DNA from: Terriglobia bacterium
GTDB taxonomy: Bacteria > Acidobacteriota > Terriglobia > Terriglobales > SCQP01
Length of the DNA: 64,000 nucleotides
Assembly: GCA_021323595.1 (NCBI GenBank)
Contig: JAJPKR010000031.1
Span: 13,599-77,598 of the forward strand
Direction: 5' to 3'
How positions within the stretch are numbered: the first letter of the stretch is position 1; every line of letters begins with the position of its first letter. Below are positions 7,669 through 16,508 of the stretch, one piece after another. The notes under the pieces were generated by a model, which saw only the letters and a list, made by a program, of their open reading frames with translations, was not told the DNA's origin and ran no database searches. The position numbers and the translations under genes are program-made.

Positions 7669-8700
7669 TTAGCGCACCAGCGGCAGGACGTGCGCGTCCA
7701 CCCAGGCATCACCGCGGCCGGCGGGCACGTCTTTGAACAACGACCATTGTTCCTCGTGCACGACGGTCTGGCCCGGGGCCACCCGCTGCATCGAACCCAG
7801 TGTTTCCAGCTCCAAGAACGTCGGGTCCGTATAGGTTTCGAAGTTGGCGCCGTAGTCGCTGTAGTCGGCCGCCGGATCGAACTTGCTGTGCACGACGAAC
7901 AAATGGCCGTTATTGTAATAGGCTCCCCACCCGGCTTGGTCGCGGACGCCGATCTTCTGCCATTGATAGCGGCCCGTCGGGTGCGTGTCTTGGTGCAGCT
8001 CGATGTACTTGTCGCCGAGCGTCCAGCGCGAGTCTTGAAAGTCGGTATAGGACCAAAGAGCCAGCGCGCCAACCGGCTGGAGATGCTGTTTATCCCAGGA
8101 CGCTTTCGGGGGGAGCGGCAAAATCACGGTTCCGTTCTGCTCCATCACGGAAATGGACCAGGGCGCGAAGCGCGTGGCCCGGCTACCGCGATTGGTGACT
8201 TTTTGGATCAACGTCAGGCCGGCACCACTTGCCGGCATGCGGACGTCGATCTCGCGCTGCAGATTCGTGGCGAAGGGCTTGCGCTCGACCGGCGCGATGA
8301 ACTTCACCAGGCTGCCCTGCCGCACCACCCGCACCGGAACGTTGTCGGGAAAATAAGTGCGATCGTTTTCCGGGGCGACCCACAGCCGGTGGCCGCCGTA
8401 GCTGCGGTACTCCGTGCCGCCGGTCTTGCCGACTTGATCGGGAAATTCATGAAACTCATTGCGGTCGCCATTGAAACCGAAATAGATCACGCGCGGCCCA
8501 ACGTCGGCGGTCACGATAGCCGTGACCGTGCCGTTGGTAATGCGGTAGGCGTGCTGCCAGCCCGCGTAGGGAACCTCTTCGACCTTGACCGCGCTCTGCG
8601 CCTGCGCGGACACAGCGCCCAAGACGAGCCCCACGGCGGCGGCCAAAGACAGCAACGACGCAAATTGCGGTGGCATGCGGAATCTCCCGTGCATCGACAT
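7669..8700 (-). CDS. Secreted DUF4380-like (galactose-mutarotase-like fold) protein, last gene of the arabinose operon
   Basis: Signal peptide MSMHGRFRMPPQFASLLSLAAAVGLVLGAVSAQAQS. The body resembles DUF4380 proteins. ATG 8700 lies 2 nt after the upstream stop (8703-8705). Confidence 0.55.
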   Translation of the reverse strand: MSMHGRFRMPPQFASLLSLAAAVGLVLGAVSAQAQSAVKVEEVPYAGWQHAYRITNGTVTAIVTADVGPRVIYFGFNGDRNEFHEFPDQVGKTGGTEYRSYGGHRLWVAPENDRTYFPDNVPVRVVRQGSLVKFIAPVERKPFATNLQREIDVRMPASGAGLTLIQKVTNRGSRATRFAPWSISVMEQNGTVILPLPPKASWDKQHLQPVGALALWSYTDFQDSRWTLGDKYIELHQDTHPTGRYQWQKIGVRDQAGWGAYYNNGHLFVVHSKFDPAADYSDYGANFETYTDPTFLELETLGSMQRVAPGQTVVHEEQWSLFKDVPAGRGDAWVDAHVLPLVR

Positions 8701-8702
8701 AG

Positions 8703-10127
8703 TTAACAGCGCTCCTCGGCGCTCCACAAAGTTGTCGGCCAGCGGCGGTAATTGCCCAAGGCTTCGGCGATGGCCGCCGCCGCGCGGCCATGATTGATCG
8801 CGACATGATGTTCGAAGCCTTCACGGCAAACGAAGTGCAAAAGTTTCTGCAAGCGCGGAATGCGCGCCACGCCGAAGCCGCCGAAGCTCTTGGGGCGGTC
8901 GGCGGTGATTTCGCCCTCGCCGGCATAAGCGCGCAGGCGGCCGCCGGCGTCGTCGGTGGTAATCCGGCAGAAGCTGATGGGGCCGGCGGCCAGCGGCCCG
9001 ACGATGGTGCCGAAGGTATTCTCCTTGCCCACCGTGCCGGCAATGATCTCTTGAAAGTGCATCTCCGCTTCCGCGAAGAAGCTCTTGGGCAGGTTGGAAC
9101 AGTGGAAGAGGACCGCGGCGTCGGGATCGTCGCCGTAGTTGTTGTTCCAATCCACGATGGCGCTGGGGCCGCCGGTGGCCAGCTGCAGCACGTGCATGGC
9201 GAGCATCCCGGTGACATCGGTCTCGCAGGCGCTCGGCAACAGCGACTCCGACATCATGCTCATCAGCGTGCAGGGCGCGATGCCGAAGTACTCCTCGAGC
9301 GCGGTCCAGCATTGGATGGAGGTTCCGGCCAGGCCGTTGGCGGCCATCCAGGCGTCGAGCACGGCGCCGAATTTGGCCATTTTCAAGAGCGCGGGCTCGG
9401 GCACGGCGCGCTGCGGAATGTAGCCGCGAATCGCGGCCAGCTTGGCTCGCACGCCCGGCTCGTCGTCGCCCAGGCGGCGCACGCGGCCCAGCACTTCCGA
9501 GAGATCCAGGGGCTCGACGGTGATGCCCTCGCGTTCGAGCAGCTTTTCGCTGAAGCGCACGGTATTAAACGCGGCCGGACGCGCGCCGACGATGCCCACG
9601 CGCAGGCCGCGCAGACCGCGCACGATGCGGCAGGTCGCGGCGAATTTCGCGAGGTCCGCGCGAAAGGCCTCGCTCGCCGGCGGGACGGTATGGCGCTCGG
9701 TGAGCGTGAAGGGAATGCCGTACTGGACCAAGTTATTGCAAAGCGAGATCTTGCCGCAGAAGCTGTCGCGACGGCGGTCAATCAGCATTTGACCGGGCTC
9801 GTCGGGATAGGCGTGCACCAAGACCGGCACGTCGAGGCCGGCCAAGCGGATGGCGTCGGCGGCGGCGCGCTCATCGCCGAAATTGGGAAGCGTCACGATG
9901 ACGCCGGCGATGTCCTCGCGGTGCGCGCGAAACAGCGCGGCGCAGCGGCGCGCGTCCTCGAGCGAACCCACGGCGCCCTCCGGCGTGGCGGTGGCGTCGA
10001 GGCAAACGACGCCGTAGCCGTGCTCCTTGAGCACGCGCAGCATCTCTTCGCGGCCGGCGCGGACGAGCTGCGCCGGAAAAAAGCCGCGATTCCCCACCAG
10101 CAAAGCGAAAGTAGTCGGCAAAGGCAT
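8703..10127 (-). CDS. L-fucose-isomerase-like sugar isomerase; likely non-canonical L-arabinose isomerase
   Basis: 474 aa. N-terminus FALLVGNRGFFPAQLV...TLPNFGDE...DSFCGKISLCNNL is typical of the FucI-like isomerase family. It sits in an operon with araB and araD where araA would be expected. Confidence 0.75.
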   Translation of the reverse strand: MPLPTTFALLVGNRGFFPAQLVRAGREEMLRVLKEHGYGVVCLDATATPEGAVGSLEDARRCAALFRAHREDIAGVIVTLPNFGDERAAADAIRLAGLDVPVLVHAYPDEPGQMLIDRRRDSFCGKISLCNNLVQYGIPFTLTERHTVPPASEAFRADLAKFAATCRIVRGLRGLRVGIVGARPAAFNTVRFSEKLLEREGITVEPLDLSEVLGRVRRLGDDEPGVRAKLAAIRGYIPQRAVPEPALLKMAKFGAVLDAWMAANGLAGTSIQCWTALEEYFGIAPCTLMSMMSESLLPSACETDVTGMLAMHVLQLATGGPSAIVDWNNNYGDDPDAAVLFHCSNLPKSFFAEAEMHFQEIIAGTVGKENTFGTIVGPLAAGPISFCRITTDDAGGRLRAYAGEGEITADRPKSFGGFGVARIPRLQKLLHFVCREGFEHHVAINHGRAAAAIAEALGNYRRWPTTLWSAEERC

Positions 10128-10148
10128 GAGGGATTCAGTCGGCGTGGG

Positions 10149-10817
10149 TTATTGTCCGTAGGCGGTATGGTAGCGCTGCCACCACTTTTGTACTTCCTGG
10201 CGCGGCAGCGGCTCAGGCTGACCCAACAGTAAGGCCAAGTGACACGTCTTAGCAACGTCTTCGAGCATGACCGCGGCCTTGAGCGCGGCGGTGGGCGTGG
10301 GGCCGAACGCGAAGGCGCCGTGGTGCGCGAGGAGCACGGCGGGCGCTTGATTGCGCGCCGCCACCAGAGCGGCGCCGATGGCGTCGCCCTGATTGTCAAC
10401 ATACGGCGCGCAGGGAATTTCGGGGCCGAATTCATCCGCCATGGCGGTCAGATAGGCGGGCAGGGGACGGCGAAGCAGCGCGAAGGCCGTCGCGTAATTG
10501 GAGTGAGTGTGGACGATGCCGCCAAGATCGGGACAGTGGCGGTAAAGGTAAAGATGGTGCGGCAGGTCCACGGACGGTTTCCAGCGGCCGGCCACGCGCC
10601 TCCCATCCAGATCCACGATCGCCAGGTCTTCCGGCCGCAGGCGGTCGTAGTCCATGCCGCTCGGCTTGATGGCGACGAGACCGCGGGAGCGATCGATGCC
10701 GCTGGCATTGCCGCTATGCATGGTGACCAGCCCGGCGCGATGAATGCCGCGATTGGCAGCCCACACTTCCCGGCGCAGCGCGGCGGGAAACGCGGCTGAG
10801 CGGGCGCGCGGGCTCAT
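10149..10817 (-). CDS. araD: L-ribulose-5-phosphate 4-epimerase (class II aldolase/adducin family)
   Basis: Motifs MHSGNASGIDR, VHTHSNYATAFA and HHGAFAFG. ATG 10817 overlaps the araB stop (ATGA). The track's longer ORF start (10889) lies inside araB. Confidence 0.85.
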   Translation of the reverse strand: MSPRARSAAFPAALRREVWAANRGIHRAGLVTMHSGNASGIDRSRGLVAIKPSGMDYDRLRPEDLAIVDLDGRRVAGRWKPSVDLPHHLYLYRHCPDLGGIVHTHSNYATAFALLRRPLPAYLTAMADEFGPEIPCAPYVDNQGDAIGAALVAARNQAPAVLLAHHGAFAFGPTPTAALKAAVMLEDVAKTCHLALLLGQPEPLPRQEVQKWWQRYHTAYGQ

Positions 10818-12568
10818 GAGGCGGCCCCTTGGATGCGAGCGCGGGCAGGGCGGCGCCGGGCGGGTGCGGCGGCCGCCTGGGAGCGGCACTCGTCGCGCAG
10901 GGCTTTGAGCCGCTTCATCACGAGCGAGCCGCCGCGGCCAAAGTAGTCGTGCAGCGCCCGATATTCCTCGAACAGCCGGTCATACGTTGCCTGCGCCGCC
11001 GGCCGGGGACGGTAGACGCGCCGCTCCAAGGAAGCCATGGCTTGCGCCGCCGCCTGGATCGAGGCGTACCCGCCCGCCGCCGGCCCCGCCGCCACGGCTG
11101 CGTGCAAGGCGGCCCCCAACGCGGAGGTCGTTTGCGGGTAGCGCGGCAAACGAATCTCGCGGCCGGTGACGTCGGCATAGATTTGCATCAAGAGCTGATT
11201 TTTTTCCGCCAGCCCGCCGCAGGCGTATAGGGCCTCGATCGCGACGCCCTGGGATTCGAAGGCGGCAATGATCTGGCGGGTGCCGAACGCGGTGGCTTCG
11301 ATCAAGGCACGGTAGATTTCTTCGCTGCGCGTCTCCAAGCCGAAGCCGACCATGAGACCGGAGAGGCCGGCGTCCACCAGCACCGAGCGGTTGCCGTTCC
11401 ACCAATCCAACGCGAGCAAGCCGGAGGCGCCGGGGGGCACGGCGGCCGCGCGCCGTTCCAGCCAGTCGGCAAGGGAAACGCCGGCGCGCCGCGCTTCGCG
11501 TTCCAGGGCGGCAGGAACGGCGCGATGGAAAAACCACGCGAAGATATCGCCCACCGCCGATTGCCCGGCCTCGTAACCCCACAAGCCGGGAATGACGCCG
11601 TCCTGCACGACGCCGCACATTCCCTCCACCCAGCGGCGGCTTTCGCCCAGCACCAGGTGGCAGATGGAAGTGCCCATGACCATGACCATGCGGCCGGGTG
11701 CGGTCACGGTGCAGGCCGGCACGGCGCCGTGCGCGTCCACATTGCCGATCGCCACCGGCGTGCCGGCGCGCAGGCCGGTCTTGCGCGCCCAATACGGCGT
11801 GAGCCCGCCGGCGCAGGCGCCGAGAGGATAGTAAGCGGTCGGCACGCGCGTCCCGATTACGTTTTCCAGCGAGGGATGCAAGGCGCGAAAGAAGCCCGGC
11901 GAGGGAAACGCGCCCCCTTCGCGGCGGGCGATCCACATCGCCTTGTAGCCGGCGGCGCACGCACTGCGCTTTTCGGCGCCGCACAATTGCCAGACGATCC
12001 AGTCGGCGGCCTCGATCCAACGCTCGATGGCGTCATAGACGCTCGGGTTTTCTTCGACGACCTGCAGAAGCTTGGCGAAGAACCATTCGGAGGAATAGCG
12101 GCCGCCATAGACGCGAACAAACTCTTCCTGGCGGGCGCGGCCGATTTCCGTGATCCGGTCGGCCTGGGGCTGGGCGGCGTGGTGCTTCCACAGCTTGACC
12201 CAGGCATGCGGTTCGCGCCGCCAGGCCGGCAGAAAGCAGAGCGGCGTGCCGTCGGCGGTGGTCGGCAGGGGCGTCGAACAGGTGAAGTCGGTCGCCAGGC
12301 CGATGACGCGCTCGCCGCGGACGCCGGCTTGCCGCAGCGCCCGCGGCACGCCCTTCTCGAGCACCCGCAAATAATCGCGAGGATTTTGCAGCGCCCATTC
12401 GGCGGGCAGGGGGCGGCTGCCGGGCAGCGGCAGCCGCTCGGAGATCACGCCGTCGGCATACGGCACCGTGGCGGAGCCGGCCATGACGCCATCCCGGACC
12501 CGCACCACTACCACCCGGCCCGATTCAGTGCCGTAATCGATGCCGAGGACAAAGGCATCGCGGGCCAT
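10814..12568 (-). CDS. araB: Ribulokinase (FGGY carbohydrate kinase)
   Basis: 584 aa. N-terminal GIDYGTESGRVVVV and FGGY C-terminal motifs (CGGLAEKNQLLMQIYADV). ATG 12568 overlaps the upstream stop. Confidence 0.85.
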   Translation of the reverse strand: MARDAFVLGIDYGTESGRVVVVRVRDGVMAGSATVPYADGVISERLPLPGSRPLPAEWALQNPRDYLRVLEKGVPRALRQAGVRGERVIGLATDFTCSTPLPTTADGTPLCFLPAWRREPHAWVKLWKHHAAQPQADRITEIGRARQEEFVRVYGGRYSSEWFFAKLLQVVEENPSVYDAIERWIEAADWIVWQLCGAEKRSACAAGYKAMWIARREGGAFPSPGFFRALHPSLENVIGTRVPTAYYPLGACAGGLTPYWARKTGLRAGTPVAIGNVDAHGAVPACTVTAPGRMVMVMGTSICHLVLGESRRWVEGMCGVVQDGVIPGLWGYEAGQSAVGDIFAWFFHRAVPAALEREARRAGVSLADWLERRAAAVPPGASGLLALDWWNGNRSVLVDAGLSGLMVGFGLETRSEEIYRALIEATAFGTRQIIAAFESQGVAIEALYACGGLAEKNQLLMQIYADVTGREIRLPRYPQTTSALGAALHAAVAAGPAAGGYASIQAAAQAMASLERRVYRPRPAAQATYDRLFEEYRALHDYFGRGGSLVMKRLKALRDECRSQAAAAPARRRPARARIQGAAS

Positions 12569-14112
12569 CAGCTCAGCCGAACCTCCAGGGCCACGACCGC
12601 CAGGCCGGGCACCGCTACCCGCAGACCGCGGCGGCCGGCCGTGACGGGATGCGGGCGCGGCACGATGCGGTTGGGCTGATCGAAGGTGTTGCAGGCATTC
12701 CAGTCCGGGTCGTGGAGGATTTGCGCCCGGCCCTCAGCCGCGAGGCCGCCGAAGTCGCAGTCCACCTGCACCACGCCATCCGGGCTGGGATTCACCAGAG
12801 TCACGAGCATCTGCCGGTCCTGGCGCGTGGCCGAGGCGGAGAGCGGCGCAGCGCCGCCGCCTTCCGCCTGCGTTTGCACGGAATCGCGGCCGCGGTGCGG
12901 CTTGAACATCGCGAAGACGTAATAGGTGGGCGTGCGAATGCAGCGCTCGCCATCGGGACCGTCGGTGAGCAACAGCGACTGCAAGACGTTCACCATCTGC
13001 GCGATATTGCACATGTACAACTTGTCCGCCTGGCGATTGAAGATATTGAGGCCAAGGCCGGCGGCGGCGGCGCCGCGCTGGGTATCCTGCTGCCACAAGC
13101 GGCCGTACCGCGCTTCGACCTCCGGGCCGGGACGATCCCAAACGCCCCACTCGTCGAGCACCAACCCGACCTGGGCGCCGCCGAAGTAGCCGTCGAGGAT
13201 GCTCCGTTGCTGCCCGATCGCCGCTTCCACGCGATCGAAGATGGCGAGCTGCTTGACCACTTGTTCGCGCGTGAATTGCGTGGGCGGGGCATCGCCGCCC
13301 TCGTAAAAGTGCATGGAGATGCCGCCGGGACGGGTGCGCCCCAGGCCGTCCATGAGCCCGCGCGTCCAGCGAATGTCATTGCCGTTGGGGCCGCTGGCGA
13401 TCATGACCGGGCGCACGCCGCCGAAGGAGTGGAGGAAGTTCGCATAGCGGCGGTAGAGCGTCGCGTATTCCTCCGGACGCATGTCGCCGCCGCAGCCCCA
13501 GCTCTCGTTGCCGATGCCCCAGTAGCGGACGTTAAAGGGCTGGGGCGAGCCGTTGCGCGCCCGCTCCTCGGCGAGCGTGCTGCCGCTGGGATAGTTGCAA
13601 TACTCCATCCAGTCGCGCAGTTCTTCGGGACTGCCGCTGCCGACATTCCCGGCCAGATAGGGCTCGGCGCCGATCTTGCGGCAGAGGCCGATGAACTCGT
13701 GCGTGCCGAAGCTGTTGTTATCGACGACGCCGCCCCACCAAATGTTCACCGTGTGCGGGCGGTCGGGACCGACGCCGTTGCGCCAATGGTAATCGTCGGC
13801 ATAGCAGCCGCCGGGCCAGCGCAAGACGGGAATACCCAAAGCGGCCAAATATTTGATCGCGTCGGCGCGATAACCTTCGTCGTTAGGAATGCGTGAGTCG
13901 CGGCCGACCCACAGCCCGCCGTAGATGCAAGCGCCGAGATGCTCGGCGAACTGACCGTGCAACTCGGGGCGGACTCGGCCGATGATCCGGTCGGGAAACA
14001 GGCGCAGCCGCGCGGTCGCGCCGGCCGCCTGCGTCCAGCCGCGCCGGGGCAACGCCAGCCCCGCCGCGGCCGCCGCGCCCGCCGCGAGAAACATTCGACG
14101 ATCCATGGACAT
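12568..14112 (-). CDS. alpha-L-arabinofuranosidase, GH51, Tat/Sec-exported
   Basis: Signal MSMDRRMFLAAGAAAAAGLALP. GH51-like LRWPGGCYADDYHWRNGVGP, FGTHEFIGLC, catalytic-region GIGNESWGCGG. Start set to ATG 14112; ATG 14106 is also possible. Confidence 0.85.
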   Translation of the reverse strand: MSMDRRMFLAAGAAAAAGLALPRRGWTQAAGATARLRLFPDRIIGRVRPELHGQFAEHLGACIYGGLWVGRDSRIPNDEGYRADAIKYLAALGIPVLRWPGGCYADDYHWRNGVGPDRPHTVNIWWGGVVDNNSFGTHEFIGLCRKIGAEPYLAGNVGSGSPEELRDWMEYCNYPSGSTLAEERARNGSPQPFNVRYWGIGNESWGCGGDMRPEEYATLYRRYANFLHSFGGVRPVMIASGPNGNDIRWTRGLMDGLGRTRPGGISMHFYEGGDAPPTQFTREQVVKQLAIFDRVEAAIGQQRSILDGYFGGAQVGLVLDEWGVWDRPGPEVEARYGRLWQQDTQRGAAAAGLGLNIFNRQADKLYMCNIAQMVNVLQSLLLTDGPDGERCIRTPTYYVFAMFKPHRGRDSVQTQAEGGGAAPLSASATRQDRQMLVTLVNPSPDGVVQVDCDFGGLAAEGRAQILHDPDWNACNTFDQPNRIVPRPHPVTAGRRGLRVAVPGLAVVALEVRLS

Positions 14113-14141
14113 TGCTAGGCTCCCGCTGCGCGACGCCCGGC

Positions 14142-14169
14142 GCGCAAACGATTGGGCAAACGCAAGCTT
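14142..14169. promoter_or_regulatory. Operator half-site-like repeats (GCGCAAACGATT, CGCAAGCTT) just upstream of the GH51-ara operon
   Basis: GCGCAAACGATT (14142-14153) differs by one base from GCGCAAGCGATT, which flanks the LacI-gene operators (30465-30476 and 30597-30608). Confidence 0.3.
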
Positions 14170-14273
14170 ACGCTGATTCCCGGGCGGCGGGTCAAGCAAA
14201 AACTCGCGCCAGTTCGGCGGCGGCGCGCCGCCGCGCCGCCACCGGCGGGCACCGCCACAAACGGTTGCGCGTT

Positions 14274-14287
14274 CGCTTGCGCAAGCG
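14274..14287. promoter_or_regulatory. Perfect 14-bp palindrome CGCTTGCGCAAGCG; putative LacI-family operator in the ara/SSS divergent region
   Basis: Identical to the palindrome at 30448-30461 next to the LacI-family gene. Lies in the 345-bp divergent intergenic region between the GH51-ara operon and the SSS transporter. Confidence 0.6.
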
Positions 14288-14377
14288 GTTGTACCAAGCC
14301 CACAGGGACACTTTGCGACAGGCGGCGGACAGAGTGAAACGCGCCGAAGATTTCCGCCGCGCGCGGCGGATTTTTCC

Positions 14378-14405
14378 TTGACAGCGATGGCGGCGCGTGT
14401 ACGAT
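14378..14405 (+). promoter_or_regulatory. Sigma70-like promoter for the SSS transporter
   Basis: TTGACA (14378-14383), 16-nt spacer, TACGAT (14400-14405), about 50 nt upstream of ATG 14458. Confidence 0.4.
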
Positions 14406-14457
14406 AACGCCTGAACGCATCGCGTTCGCGCCCCGACGGCTATGGGCGCGCGCCCCC

Positions 14458-16275
14458 ATGCCCCTCCTTCCCGCGCTTCTCGTCGGCACGCACCTGGCGC
14501 ACCTGGCGCCGGTAGACCTCGCAATCGTCGTTATCTATTTCGCGGCCGTGCTGGGTCTCGGCCTTTATCTCAAGAAGCGCACCGACACCGGCGAGGAGTT
14601 CTTTCTCGCGGGGCGCGGCATGTCCGCCTGGGTGGCCGGGCTGAGCTTCTTAGCCGCCAACCTGGGCGCGCTCGAACTCATGGGCTGGGCGGCCAGCGCC
14701 TACGAGTACGGCATTTTGGCGGTGCATTGGTACTGGATCGGCGCCATCCCGGCGATGGTCTTCCTCGCCCTGGTGATGATGCCGTTCTATTACATCTCCC
14801 GCACCCATTCGGTGCCCGGCTATCTGCGCCTGCGCTACGGCGAAGCAACGCGCTCGCTCAGCGCCGTCTGCTTTGCCGGCATGACCGTGTTGATGTCGGG
14901 CATCAACATGTTCGCCATGGCCAAGGTCATGGAGGTCGTGCTCGGCTGGAATCTGCACTTCTCCATCTGGGTCTCCTCAATTACCGTGGCGATCTACGTC
15001 GCCTTGGGCGGATTGACCTCGGCCATCTTGAACGAGGTCCTGCAATTTTTCTTGATCTGGTGCGGCGCGCTGGTAATTCCCATCGTCGGCCTGATCGAGG
15101 CCGGCGGCTGGACGGCGCTCAAGCAGCAGATCATCCATAACTTCGGCGCCAGCTACGTTCACGCCTGGACGACCCTGGGCAGCTTCCGCGCCAACCCCAT
15201 GGGGATTCACTGGACCGGCATCGTCTTCGGCCTGGGCTTCGTGATCTCGTTCGGCTACTGGACGACCGATTTCTTGGTGGTGCAACGCGTCATTGCCGCC
15301 AAGGATTTGCGGGCGGCGAAAATGGCGCCCATCATCGGCGCCTATTTCAAGATGGCGGTGCCGCTGATCGTGATCTTGCCGGGCTTGATCGCACTGGGGG
15401 TGCTGGGCACGGGCGCGCATCCGGTCCACCTCGTCGCGGAGTCGGTCGCCAAGACGGGCCAACCGACCTACAACGACGTCCTGCCGCTGATGCTGGTGCG
15501 CTACGCCGGCCCCGGGCTGATGGGGCTGGGCATCACCGCCTTGATTGCCGGGTTCATGTCGGGCATGGCCGGCAACGTCAGCGCCTTTGCCACCGTCTGG
15601 ACCTACGATATCTATCGCCCCGCGGTGCGCAAGCTGCGCGGGCTTGCCGCGATCGAGGATGTCGCGCCCATAGCGGCGGCCGCCGGCGCCGCGGGCGAGG
15701 GCGTCACGGTGGGAAGCAATGCGGAAGCAAGCGGCGATCTGCCCGACCGCCATTACTTGGCGATGGGGCGCTGGAGCACGATCGTCGGGGTGCTGGTGAG
15801 CGTAGGCACCGCCTATTTGGCGATGCAGTTCAACAGCATCATGGATTACGTCCAGGCGCTCTTCAGCTTCTTCGTCGCACCCCTGCTCGGCACCGTGCTG
15901 CTCGGCATGCTCTGGAAACGCGCCACCAAGGCCGCCGGCTTCTGGGGGCTGCTGGCGGGGACTTGCGCGTCCATCGCCATGTGGGCGTGGGCGCGGCTCG
16001 ACCCGGCGGCCCTGTCGGTGGTGGCGCTCTCGCGTTATGCCAAGCCCATGGCCGACGATATGTACCGAGCGCTGTGGTCGTGGATCGTGTGCGTCGTCGT
16101 TACCGTGGTCGTCAGCCTGTGCACCGCGCCGCGTCCGGTGGGCGAGCTGCGAGGCTTGGTCTACGGCTGCACGCCCCTGCCGAAGGAGAGCGAGTATGCC
16201 TGGTGGCAGCGGCCGCTCTTCTGGGGCATTTTGGTGCTGGTCATCTTGGTCTGGCTGAACTGGATTTTCCGATGA
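14458..16275 (+). CDS. Sodium:solute symporter (SSF/SGLT-like) family transporter
   Basis: 605 aa, about 13-14 TM helices. N-terminal FLAGRGMSAWVAGLSFLAANLGALELMG is typical of SSS transporters. Confidence 0.9.
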   Translation: MPLLPALLVGTHLAHLAPVDLAIVVIYFAAVLGLGLYLKKRTDTGEEFFLAGRGMSAWVAGLSFLAANLGALELMGWAASAYEYGILAVHWYWIGAIPAMVFLALVMMPFYYISRTHSVPGYLRLRYGEATRSLSAVCFAGMTVLMSGINMFAMAKVMEVVLGWNLHFSIWVSSITVAIYVALGGLTSAILNEVLQFFLIWCGALVIPIVGLIEAGGWTALKQQIIHNFGASYVHAWTTLGSFRANPMGIHWTGIVFGLGFVISFGYWTTDFLVVQRVIAAKDLRAAKMAPIIGAYFKMAVPLIVILPGLIALGVLGTGAHPVHLVAESVAKTGQPTYNDVLPLMLVRYAGPGLMGLGITALIAGFMSGMAGNVSAFATVWTYDIYRPAVRKLRGLAAIEDVAPIAAAAGAAGEGVTVGSNAEASGDLPDRHYLAMGRWSTIVGVLVSVGTAYLAMQFNSIMDYVQALFSFFVAPLLGTVLLGMLWKRATKAAGFWGLLAGTCASIAMWAWARLDPAALSVVALSRYAKPMADDMYRALWSWIVCVVVTVVVSLCTAPRPVGELRGLVYGCTPLPKESEYAWWQRPLFWGILVLVILVWLNWIFR

Positions 16276-16508
16276 GCGAACCGAGTCCGCGTCATGAGGC
16301 CGTCCCGGTCTGGATCTATATCGCGGGATTGCTGCTGGTCTATGGCTTGATGGTGCTGGGCGCCGGCATCGAGCAATGGAACCATCCGCCCGACATCGCG
16401 CTGCCGCAGATCCACGCCACGTTCTGGGGCGGCGTGCTTCTCACCGTGCTGAGCGGCTTTTTCCTCGCGTTTTCCGTACTGCAGCACAAGCGGAACCGGC
16501 GTTCATAG
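16272..16508 (+). CDS. Small two-TM membrane protein translationally coupled to the SSS transporter
   Basis: ATG 16272 overlaps the SSS stop (ATGA). 78 aa with two hydrophobic helices (VWIYIAGLLLVYGLMVLGAG; FWGGVLLTVLSGFFLAFSVL). Confidence 0.55.
   Translation: MSEPSPRHEAVPVWIYIAGLLLVYGLMVLGAGIEQWNHPPDIALPQIHATFWGGVLLTVLSGFFLAFSVLQHKRNRRS

Noticed and set aside
14165-14195. Minus-strand TTGACC (14190-14195) with TAAGCT (14165-14170) as the ara-operon promoter.
   Set aside because: The spacer would be 19 nt, and no acceptable -10 exists at 16-18 nt. I left the ara promoter unassigned.
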